From Trichoplax adhaerens (lineage: Eukaryota > Animalia > Placozoa), in the NCBI RefSeq assembly GCF_000150275.1, contig NW_002060953.1, positions 1,714,465 to 1,778,464 of the forward strand: a stretch of 64,000 nt of DNA. Reading direction: 5' to 3'. A model generated the notes under the pieces. The model ran no database searches and was not told the origin of the DNA. It saw only the letters and a program-made list of their open reading frames with translations. Positions 41,901 through 53,532 of the stretch are shown here, piece after piece. Positions within the stretch are counted from its first letter, which is position 1; every line of letters begins with the position of its first letter. Both the position numbers and the translations under genes were made by a program.

Positions 41901-44040
41901 AATTATCATTATCATCACGGTTTGTTTCATTACGTGGAGAAGATAAAGATTCAATTTCATCAAAATTGGGCATGTCGATTTGTTTTTCTTTGTAATCTTC
42001 AACTGCACCTTGAATTTTTCTTTTTAAAACTTCAAAGTAATCTTGCTGCGTGCCATCATATATTTTAAAAGTAGAAAAGTCGACCATCTTACCTGTATTT
42101 TCTACAACCTGCGTAGCTGCTGAATGATATACTCGTATTTCTTCGATCAAAATTCTCATGATTGTAGTTTTGCCGACATTTTCCGGACCAATAAACATAA
42201 TTCGAATGAAATCACTCTGACATTGACCTCGCTTCAGGGCCTTTACGTAAGTAAAGTAATATTCTTTGATCTGCATAGCTGTAATTGATTAAATGTAAAA
42301 TAAATGCGTCTTATGATAACGTAATTTATTAAGCAAAGTGTTATATCTTTAATGCATTAGGGAATACAGTAGGACACAAGGCGATTACTTTTGCTACTTT
42401 ACGTCAATTCGACATAGTTCTTAACAAAGATTGTTACCTCATTTTTATAATTATCGTAATGATCAACTTTCAACTAAACTCAGGGTACCGAAATATAGCT
42501 GTTGCAATTATGCTCCTACCTTATTAAATTTTGCCGGTTAAAGATAGGCAAGTAATTCTCACAATATACAATTATAAGACTACCTCTGTGAAATTCTACT
42601 ATTCAATTACGATTGTAGCATTTAACGCAATAAAGATATCAGATTGAACTTACTATCTGGTATAGAAATTCTTCGACTGTATCTCGCTGCTGTAGTTTCA
42701 TCTTTTGACGATCCTGTAGTATAGGCATACATATTAAAAAAAACCGTTAACTCATGGTAGTTGATTACATAGGTAGTAATTTAATATTGCCATATTAAGA
42801 TCGTTACTAGCAATCCATCATAATCAAGCATATTGAGTAGGAAAATTGCTCTACCAATTTTTTCAGCAATGTCTTTACGGCCAATTTCATATAAAGCAAC
42901 CTTAAGTTTGTTTACTGTTGCACCTTGGCCATGCTTATCATACCAGCTATTGAGCGCAGCTACAGCTTTATCACACTGTGATTTACATTCAGAATCGATT
43001 AAACGGCTTGGGATTTCGTAGTCCAACGTTCTGCTTAATTTCATCCATTTAATCCCAATCATTTCAGCAACGACTGGAAAATAGGGTCTGGGATCTATAT
43101 TTAAATATATTCATTCATAAGGTGAGTACCATGATTGCTATATAATCTTCTAAATTGCAACTTTTACATCATTATCACTGCAAATAATATTATTATTCAT
43201 CCATCTAGGACAAACTTTAGCCTATTGATTTTGAGAAATATCTTTTATGAAATACTAGTTATCTTCCACAATTTATTAAAAATTGAGTTACTATTGATAT
43301 AAAAGGCAGGAAGACTAGCAATAGTTCTTATTAACTATAAGTATCCTTTAAAGAGGTGGATGTCGATGACCATATCTATTCCAACTATCTCAAATGACAT
43401 AGATTAGGAAAATAATTAGGCCATCGACACTTGTTTATGTTATCGTTAACAGATTTAGAGATATTTAAATTCAATCTGTTCCGTAACTATTTACTTGACT
43501 CCAACTAACCAAATGATGTGCTATAAGCTTAGTACTCACCTCTGTATCCAATCTCACTTTCATTACTGATATTCAAATGAGATGTAGCATCTAAAATAAT
43601 AGAACGGTTATTACAAAATCTTAGATGACATATCGATTTTAGTAAACTGCTTCCTTTTGCAATATCTGTATCATAGGCTTTGAAAAAGTTGTTATTCTAG
43701 GTGATTATGCAAGGTTCAAAATCTTACCAGCTGGCTGTTTGAAAGCTGCGATAGCTTCAGTTTCTAAGCGCTGACCGAATTTTTGAACATTTTTAGATCG
43801 ATGATTCTGTAAGGAAATGTAATACTGACGAAAATCTGCATCGGTCTTTGTTCTGAATAGAACTAGAAACTGGTGATGCCTCTCTCTTAGACTATCACAT
43901 TGTCTTAAGCTGGCAATTTCTTCCTTGGTAAATACGGTACTGGTTCTTAGATCGAATAAAAGTTCAAGCAATGGAGTCTCTTTGGCTATTCTTTGGAAAT
44001 TACTATCTAGGATAGCTCTAATCGTGTTAGATAATACCAT
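38969..44040 (-). CDS. Roco GTPase, about 1013 aa: CARD - DD - Roc - COR - Cys cluster - DD
   Basis: Exons 44040-43728 (CARD), 43590-43540, 43094-42855 (DD), 42713-42654, 42278-40215 (Roc-COR), 39696-39658 and 39243-38969 (DD). All introns are phase 1 GT-AG; total 3042 nt in frame. Roc motifs GPENVGKTT, LWDFGGQAVYHVTHQPF and ILVATHGD; COR start PIPTKW and LLYLHDIGELL; CCMC...CQKC. Confidence 0.9.
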
Positions 44041-44503
44041 TCTATATAATCGTAATATAGGCAACTGTAATAGTAAAAGAACTTGCAGGAATATTCAATA
44101 ACTACGCGTTTTGGTGTTCAATTGCCGTCTAAAAGCACTTTGAGGAAGCTCTGGTCATTTACTTATTTATTCAGTCATGATAATCCTTCCAAAGAGAATC
44201 CATCCATCCAGTTGCATCGATGGGCCCAATTTAGCTACCTATCGATAAAAGTCAAGATTTTGATGCTATTAACGCTTCTATTTTCGCCTTAATCAATCCT
44301 ATTTTCAGCATGGATTGAAATGGATCGATGTTACGATCATGATCAAGAATTCAATAGCGAAGAGTGTATCCTGATTGCATGCCTCCATGACTGTAATTTA
44401 GTCGATCATTGCAATTGTCTAGCTAAGATAGGAGTCTATTTACAGTATCATGCTACAAAATAGATAATCCTTTGATCGAATATGGGCTATAAGTAAAGTT
44501 AGC

Positions 44504-45955
44504 GAGAAATGTTTCGATCTTGTGGTCTCAAGATCTCTCCTGCTGTGGATGATGATGTACTATACGATTGTAAGTTTAAAATAGCATTTAATCGTTCCAT
44601 GCTATAGCATTGAGTCTTTCTTCAACGCATACAGTCAAAGATTTCTCCTGCTCTGAGTGATGATGTACTAAACGATTGTAAGTCTAAAATAGCATTTAAT
44701 CGTTCCATGCTATAGCATCGAGTCTTTCTTCAACGCATACAGTCAAAGATTTCTCCTGCTCTGAGTAATGATGTACTATACGATTGTAAGTTTAAAATAG
44801 CATTTAATCGAGAAATGTTTCGATCTTGTGGTCTCAAGATCTCTCCTGCTATGGATGATGATGTACTATACGATTGTAAGTCTAAAATAGCATTTAATCG
44901 TTCCATGCTATAGCATTGAGTCTTTCTTCAACGCATACAGTCAAAGATTTCTCCTGCTCTGAGTGATAATGCACTAAAGGATTGTAAGTCTAAATTAGCA
45001 TTTAATCGTTCCATGCTATAGCATCGAGTCTTTCTTCAACGCATACAGTCAAAGATTTCTCCTGCTCTGAGTAATGATGTACTATACGATTGTAAGTTTA
45101 AAATAGCATTTAATCGAGAAATGTTTCGATCTTGTGGTCTCAAGATCTCTCCTGCTATGGATGATGATGTACTATACGATTGTAAGTCTAAAATAGCATT
45201 TAATCGTTCCATGCTATAGCATTGAGTCTTTCCTCAACACATACAGTCAAAGATTTCTTCTGCTCCGAGTAATGATGTACTATACGATTGTAAGTTTAAA
45301 ATAGCATTTAATCGTTCCATGCTATAGCATTGAGTCTTTCTTCAACGCATACAGTCAAAGATTTCTCCTGCTCTGAGTGATGATGTACTAAACGATTGTA
45401 AGTCTAGAATAGCATTTAATCGTTCCATGCTATAGCATCGAGTCTTTCTTCAACGCATACAGTCAAAGATTTCTCCTGCTCTGAGTGATGAAGTACTAAA
45501 CGATTGTAAGTCTAAATTAGCATTTAATCTTTCCATGCTATAGCATTGAGTCTTTCTTCAGCATTCCAACGTATACAGTCAAAGATCTCTCCTGCTCTGA
45601 ATGATGATGGACTGCAAGCTTGTAAGTCTAAAATACCATTCAATCGCTCCGTGCTATAGCATCGAGTCTTTCTTCAGCATTCCAACGCATACAGTCAAAG
45701 ATCTCTCCTGCTCTGAATAATGATGGACTGCAAGTTTGTAAGTCTAAAATAGCATTTAATTGCTCCGTGCTATAGCATCGAGCCTTTCTTCAGCATTCCA
45801 ACGCATACATTCAAAGATCTCTCCAGCTCTGAATGATGATGGACTGCAGGTTTATAAGTCTAAAATAGCATTCAAGCGTTCCATACTATTGAATCGAGTC
45901 TTTCTTCAATGCATACAGTCTAAGATTTCTCCTGCTCTGAATGATGATGGACTGT
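44504..45955. repeat. Satellite with 108-bp basic unit and 306-bp higher-order period (90+108+108); 116-bp variants toward the right
   Basis: tagcatttaatcg at 44582 and 44690; gagaaatgtttcgatc at 44504, 44810 and 45116. Confidence 0.95.
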
Positions 45956-46658
45956 ACTATTATATCCTCGTCTACTGTAATATACCCATTAAGAATTAAT
46001 CATTAGTTACCGTAGAGCCGCATCAATTTTCAGATTCCTTCCGTTTTAACTAGCTAAGTAATACTCTAGTTAGAAGTCGTCACTACTATAGAAAGTAATT
46101 TTATCTTGTGAGATAGTGTTTTGCTAATTATAGCCAATTGATGCAATATCAGTGAAGTGAAGTAAGAGCGATCTTACAGATACCAACATTTGTAGCTTAC
46201 CTTCTCTCTTGAATTGTAAAACGTACCAGCAAGAAATAGTGGACGATAATCAATTCAAGCAATCCGTTAGCCGATGCTATTTGTAATATTGAAGAGACGA
46301 TGCTAGACTAAAAGGTGGTCATGACTAATGTACGTTTTTATTTTCCAAGATGAAGATCACTTTTGGATTACTCTTCCGTACAAGCAGAGTAATATCGGCA
46401 AAGATTACCAAAATCGCTTGGGTGAACTTGTTGACAGTTTAGTAGTCTTCCCTCTATCCTTCCTTCTACTCGGAGTATACAAGAAATCGGACATGGACTG
46501 TTCATGCAAGGCACTATAAGATACTATTTATACTGGACTCTGTATAGATACTGTCGATCTCTTTTGATCGTCTAGTGTGCGTATCGAAAAGTAAATTTCT
46601 CAGCACTTTTTCCTTTGTTGTCAATGGCCTTGAAATCCATTTCCTCCAATATCGCCAC

Positions 46659-47105
46659 TGTTGCCGTCATTATTAAAAATCCGTCACTTTACAAAATGTC
46701 TAGTGATTTTGCAAAATGCCTAGTGATTTTACCAAATGCCTAGTGATTTTGCAAAATGCCTAGTGATTTTACCAAATGCCTAGTGATTTTGTAAAATGCC
46801 TAGTGATTTTACCAAATGCCTAGTGATTTTGCAAAATGCCTAGTGATTTTACCAAATGCCTAGTGATTTTGCAAAATGCCTAGTGATTTTACCAAGTGCC
46901 CAATGATTTTGCAAAATGCCTAGTGATTTTACCCAATGCCTAATGATTTTGTAAAATGCCTAGTGATTTTACCAAATGCCTAATGATTTTGTAAAATGCA
47001 AAGTGATTTTACCAAATGCCTAATGATTTTGCAAAATGCCTAGTGATTTTACCAAATGCCTAGTGATTTTGTAAAATGACGGATTTTTGAATAAATTCGG
47101 TAACA
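46659..47105. mobile_element. Non-autonomous TIR element filled with a 20-bp minisatellite (alternating 40-bp dimer)
   Basis: Left end tgttgccg..ttattaaaaatccgtcactttacaaaat pairs with right end attttgtaaaatgacggatttttgaataa..cggtaaca. CCAC occurs on both flanks (46655-46658, 47106-47109). The interior alternates ctagtgattttgcaaaatgc and ctagtgattttaccaaatgc. Confidence 0.8.
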
Positions 47106-49369
47106 CCACTGCTGCTAAAAATTGAACCGTTAAACTATCCAGCAAGCAAGTTCGACATAGTCGATAGAAAGTTTATTTTACATGTTGTTAGAGCATGTAA
47201 AGTAGCCAACGATGCAGCAGATTGGACATTGCAGCAAGCATGATTAATTAGAAAGGTTGTTCAGTGTTTGGCCAACATTTGCTTGCTACTGTATGAAGAT
47301 AGCTGACAAGTAGGCAACGACTAATGTCGCTAAAATTGCTCAGACTGGAGGAAAAGTACAACATGAGCTGGTACTGTTTTTACTGTCCTCTTCTAATGCT
47401 GTATCAATGTCTTGAAATGCTGTGATTCGATTGGATTCAGTTTAGGCAATCGGAATTGGATTGGATTGAATTCGGGAAATCGATATGGAACCCTACCCCA
47501 GACTGTACACATCCACTTTAAACGCAATTTGCGAAAGAATGATACGTCCTACGTGAATTTGAAGGGCAGAATCATGTCAATGAACTCATTTTCTATCCTT
47601 CCGATATCAAATTTGTTCAAAGAAAGCTTCATTTTTGAGTGTTTATACTGTAAAATACTTTTCAAGAGTGCATTCTTGCAGTGTGTTCTTGTTGTGTTTC
47701 ACTTTCTATCGCTGTGCATGCTAACTTGACGGAATAGGAATGGCGGTATCTCGGCCTTCTCTAATAAGAGAAATACTCTTCCAAGTCCATTTCTCAGTTT
47801 ACAAGGCCAAATGGCAGTCGTGCTGTATTCTGGTCAGCGCTATGCTGCAAGATAGACCAGCAATACGATAAGTGGAACGAGAGCGATGACTGAGCAAGGA
47901 TGCTCTGCCGATGCATACAGTAATATATATGATATATATTCTCCCTGTTATATCTTATTTCAGAAGACTGTAGCCGTTGTCAAGTCGAAAACGATTAAGA
48001 TTGACTTCATAATCAACAGGAGTAGCCAGCCACGCCATTTAATGAGGGAATGCCTAGGGATTTGAACGATGGTATACGACAACTTTCATCCTATGAGGTC
48101 TTTAGTGTTTTTCTAAAAAAAAGGCAGCACTGTACAAAGACCATTTCTATATCGACTCTGCAGCATGTTAAATGGCATGCCTATTGCCACTTGGCCGCAA
48201 CGTTAGACATGGATCATGAGCATTGGCCATCGTAGCTAATGTAATTTTACGTACATGTCTTGAAATCAATTTTATGAACTGCAAAGCCACCACTCAACCT
48301 ATTCGATTCAACGCTTATCAGATATATATATACGTAGAAGAGCATGAATATGAAGAGTGGATGACATGGGCCAATAAAAGAAATACAGACAGAAGTTGCA
48401 AGTTGTTTTCTACACTAATCTATTTTGAAATGAAATGATCAACTCTGAAAATGATCGTACCCATCAATTTACTCTTTCAACCTCTACTCGTTGGTTCATA
48501 TAGCTTTCAACATCGGTTAGTAAGAAGGAATTCAACTTTTCATCGGCCCACCGTATTGGTAGAGGCCCCTTGTAGCGCTCAAATTGGACAAGAAGGAAAA
48601 CAATTTGAACTCAGTATAGAAGATAATTTAATAGACAAATCAAAATCGCTCTTAACAACAAATTGAATTCTATCGATTAATTAATCTCACTATCATCAAC
48701 GAGACATCATAACATCAAATTGGAACGGTACTAAAAGAAAAACTTATGTATGCGCTGCATTGATTATGGCCGATAGATAATTAAGAATAATCAATGGCAA
48801 AGGAAGAACATTTGTAAGTTTTTTTCACACAGTTGGCTAAAATCAATGCTATCATATTGAATATTACATGCCTGTCGGCTGTCATTGATTGATGATATAC
48901 GTATAGTATCATAGTAGTTGTAGAACTTGGAAATTGATCTAGTTTGCATCCTATTGGATTGACAGCTTGCAAGCAGTTTTAAACTTCCAGACCACTACTA
49001 CAGCATCATTAGCAGGGCTAGCAGCTAAGTCTTACATGAATATCGATCGTTCTTAATTTCTACTACTCCTTTCACATTTATACCTATCCCGACCTAATAC
49101 TTAACAGCGCTAGAACAGTACAATAACCGATTAGAATACTTAAAGTATACAAAGAGTTTTACGATAAGAGAACAAACTAAAAGACTGTAGTATAGCCTAG
49201 AGCCCTAGACATTGATTTAAAACGCTCATTAAAATAGCATCATGATAGCATGGGACTAAGGTACTCATCAATAGTCTAAACGTTAGAGGATAATATTAAT
49301 AACAGTAGAACAAAACTTGATAAATGCTGAACAAGCTTTTTTTATTTACTGTTGGTAGAATTAATTCGA

Positions 49370-51341
49370 TCACTTCCTCGAATTCTTTGCTTTTCTAATC
49401 GATTCGTATAATTCATTTAATTTCTTTTCTAATTCAGCCGTTGCTTGTTTATTGACGAGGATTTTGATATATAAATCTCCAGTAATATAGATATAGAAAT
49501 CTGTTCCTGTAGATGAGACTAACTCGCCCTGTGGTCTTATATCTTCAATAATGACTGCTACCATATCCTTTTTTTTGTCACTGGCGTAGCTGATTTCCGA
49601 ATAGCAATTCTTTGATTCGATATATTTCTTACTCATAAACGGCACAAACACCTACAGAAGATCATAGTGAAGTAATATCAAATTAGCTGTCAGAATGAAA
49701 CAATTATCCCAAGGTATTAATCTGCTTCTGATTTAGCCTACAAGTTCGGAAATTTAATAACGCTGTATAACACCTATAACTGCATCATATCCGAAGAAAA
49801 CCTAAATACCAAGCATCCATTCTTAAACATAGTGAATGAATATCAGCTTAAAATATTACTGTAAGAATTATCTTTACTTCAGTGTAACTTGAAATGAATA
49901 CTATTCAGCTAGTAAATATTTTCGTTATCATTATACCACCTTCAATTGATGCTATCTCAGAAGATTTATAATTAAAGTTATTCCTTTTACTGCTTCTACT
50001 TGAGAAAACGTAGCTGAAGAATGCAGTAAGTAAAAGTTAACTGAATAAATAAATATGAAGTCTTATTCGATATATCCTTTATTTGGTCATATAGTCGAAT
50101 AATATCTATTCCAATAGCATGGTAGTATGCTAAGTGGTTGCGATATTCAGCCGGTTATCTGCTATTATAGTGAAGCAGCAGATACAACTGCTCAATAAAA
50201 ATAAGTTTTTATACCCTAGACGCTAGGATAGCTTTAGAGATTTCCGGTAAAAGTTTCATTCCCCCACTGAGTTGCTCGTTGTCTATCCAACAGGTAATTC
50301 CTTTACTTTCCAGATATTTTTTTACATGAATGACGTCTTCCTTATTATCCCAGGAGTGGCTAAGAAATACATCTAACAAACAGATAATATCTCTTTTACT
50401 GGATACTCTCAAGCTAACGAAATATCCATATTTCTTAATCTCAGCCTTTATCGAATTCTATCAGTATACCGTAACTATATTTTGTTTGATCATTAACTGC
50501 AGATGCCTGATCAGTGGTATCCTTTCCAGCTAATAGTAAAAGAATGTGATAAGGAATACAGAAAGCATTTATTAAAACGAAAAATGGAAGTAAAAATATG
50601 AGCTAATTATAAGTGATGTACTGTCAATTTCTGGTTGAGTAGGTTAGTAATTTATCCTTGTAGCCAAAATTTGAATAAGAACACGTAGTCAATCGCTACA
50701 TAAGTCGATAATTCTATCACTTTATTCTACTTCCACAAGCTAATGAGAACAAAAAATACCGTAAAAGAAACTAAATTTATAGGTAAACAGATACGGTACA
50801 GTATGCATTCACGCAATAGCTGACAAGATCACTTATATTAACATTTTATATCTGTGTAAATAAATGTAAATTAATTATTGTACTAACCTTCATGAGAAAT
50901 GGGAGCTACTGACGTAACTGGGGTGGTTACAACTATATCAAAAAGAAAATTACCATATTCAGAGGAAATAGGGCTACCAAACGGCCTATTCTGTATCATT
51001 AAGCTTTTCAGAATCATCTTACCAGGACTAGGTTGGACACCTGAAATTGCATTCTTAGCTTGATTTTCCAATAAATTTCCTAATTCTTGGGCATTGTCAG
51101 TATCGTGATTCTTAAGTGCTTCACAAAATTTTAAAAAATCTCTATCTCCTCTTTTCTCCAAAATTTTATATAATTCAAAATTTTTTTCGTTATCATCCTG
51201 GATTCTTCTTAGTTTCGATGCTTCAGAACTGGACATAACACCATCAGCTGCTAGTTCATTAAGGATGTCATTTGTTGGCGTGTCATTACATATTCGCTTC
51301 ATGTTTTTTGTCAATACCTTTTTAATTTCTTTAGACAACAT
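49370..51341 (-). CDS. CARD-TIR protein, about 287 aa (TIR_2/SARM-like TIR)
   Basis: Exons 51341-51023 (CARD), 50932-50888, 50529-50470, 50372-50215 and 49651-49370 join in frame (864 nt). TIR: YDVFLSHSWDNKEDV...GITCWIDNEQLSGG..L.PEISKAILASRVFVPFMSKKYIESKNCYSEISYA. Confidence 0.88.
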
Positions 51342-52269
51342 TTTATTTATTGATTGTTGCTATATGATCTAGAAATAAAGCATGAATTTGAATTGTTACA
51401 GATGTTGAAAGATACCATTTAAAGTTGTTTAAAATCTGCTGGAATATCATTCATTAAATCTATGTCAAACTAGAAAATAAATGATATCGAAATAAAGCAT
51501 GATCGAATGTAACTGAATATATAGTAATGATTAGCAATGCTCATCAGTTTACTCTTTTAAAGAATTAAAATGATGCCAAGCAATATGAATCTGAAGCAAA
51601 ACGGATCAATTATATTTTATTCCAAGAGACATGAGTGAGAGTTTTCTTACAAAAATGAACAAAAATAGAGCCCTCCATGTTCAAGCTGTTAAAATAGCAT
51701 GCTTAATTAATACAATATTATGACCAGTGAGAATATATCCACATCGAGATCAATCTTTGACGCTATGATATCTCTTCTAGCTTCCTCTAATCGGATTGCT
51801 TAGACAGCCATTCTAAAACTAATAATATACAGTTATAATATCTCCTTTCGAACTTACGAAAGTAAATATCTACTTTAAGCTGAATTAGCTAGTGATAATT
51901 ATTGTAGCTTTCTATGAATAAAATAGCAGTGTCTTGGGGTTCTAATTTAGCTACTTTATCGCATTTACAAAGTTTCAGTACTGTACATAATTTAAGTAAA
52001 TTTCACGTTATCAAAGTATCAATCTTAATATTTAACTACAATTTACTCATTCCAAAATAGATGACGCGAAATCTTAGACTTTTAAGTAAAAGCCATTACT
52101 TACTTTAAATGCCAATAAAGTAAGAGGTACAGCTCAAGAATTAAAGACATACTTCATTCAGCAGAATACTGTGATAGCAGTACCTTGAATTCTTCTGACT
52201 TTTATAATAGAGAAGCGCTAATGAAAAACTGTAATAGTTGCTAGTTGTAGCAAGATACTAGACAAGATT

Positions 52270-53532
52270 ACTTTCTATTCTAAGGTTAATTGCTCTTAGA
52301 AAATAATGAACGATATACTAATAACGAAAAAAGAAATATAAAGATTATGAATGCAGTAAAATTATTCTTCTATATGTTTCGCATAGAAGGACAGCTAAGT
52401 GTCGATAATCACTCTAAGGTAAATGTCCAGTAAATTAATCAGAACGCTAAATCGTGGATATTGAAATCTTACATCAAGTTATGTATGAAATGGAAGAGAT
52501 TACCATCTTATTATATTAGATTATATAAGAACTGATGTATAGATGATAGTGAAGTATTATTCAGAATCGTAGCATTACGTGTCCATACTAAGAATATCAC
52601 ACAGCAATTTGTTTACGGTTTTCATAAACAACTACTGAAAATACGTCTCAAAGATAGGCAAAAGCTTAGTGACAGTTGAAGAATGGCCGCAAAAACTTCT
52701 GCTAGATACATAATGATAACTTTGATGCTACTATTAGAGTTGTGTAAGCACATGGAAGATGAACAGACCTAATTCGACAGATATTATAACTTTTCAACGG
52801 GTGTGAAAAAGACAGAATTGAAGTTTATTTAGACTTTGCTCTATCTACTCTGTTGTAGGGTCAGATTGACGTACTTAATTCGGAAACTGCAGTGTATTGA
52901 CTCAATAGCAAGAAGTTGATCACGATCAAACAAGTGTTTACTACCATAACCGAAAGAGATCTACCGAAATAATTAGTCGAATTCAGTTACATTATATGCG
53001 TGCAATAACGTTTCTGGATACGGCAGTTTACTGTAATCGATTTTATTTTACTTAATTAAATTAGCATAAGTGATAATTCAAACGATCAAAGCGTGTAGCC
53101 TACCTGGTGTAAATCTGATGTAAATCTGATGGCAATCTAGGCTAAAGGCATAAAATGATTTTCTTCCTCTAAATTTAGGCTTCTACCACGAATAGTAAAG
53201 CATAATAAAGGCTTCAAATCGCATGATCATTTCTTCAATTGCATAATCCCATTTATCTGCGCAAAATCAGAAAATTTTTATACGGTATAGGCCAAGCAAA
53301 CTGTCTACAATATTTCTACTAACTTTGATAGTAAACATTATTGCTTGAGGAATTGATCTAGAATCAAGTATGCCAAGTGAGAGATGATTGATTACCGTAG
53401 CAACACGCCCACTATTCTTCCCTATCTGCATATCTAATTAGAAAAATTATAATTAGGCTCTCCAGTTGCAATGTTGATCATAATGGATTGGAAGAGAATA
53501 GATTTGTCGCATGCTGTCTACTTCGTGTTATA
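52270..53532. repeat. About 1.26-kb high-identity inverted repeat, left copy
   Basis: Reverse complement of 62741-64000 with few differences. Confidence 0.95.

Noticed and set aside
46700-47080. Short regular repeats as a CRISPR array
   Set aside because: Contiguous tandem units with no unique spacers, in a eukaryotic context with no cas genes.
46200-48650. Slightly GC-richer stretch with broken reading frames, possibly an old gene or TE relic
   Set aside because: No family motif recognisable by eye; tBLASTx would be needed.
52600-52790. Faint Death-domain-like translation inside the inverted repeat arm
   Set aside because: Many stops; similarity too weak to support.
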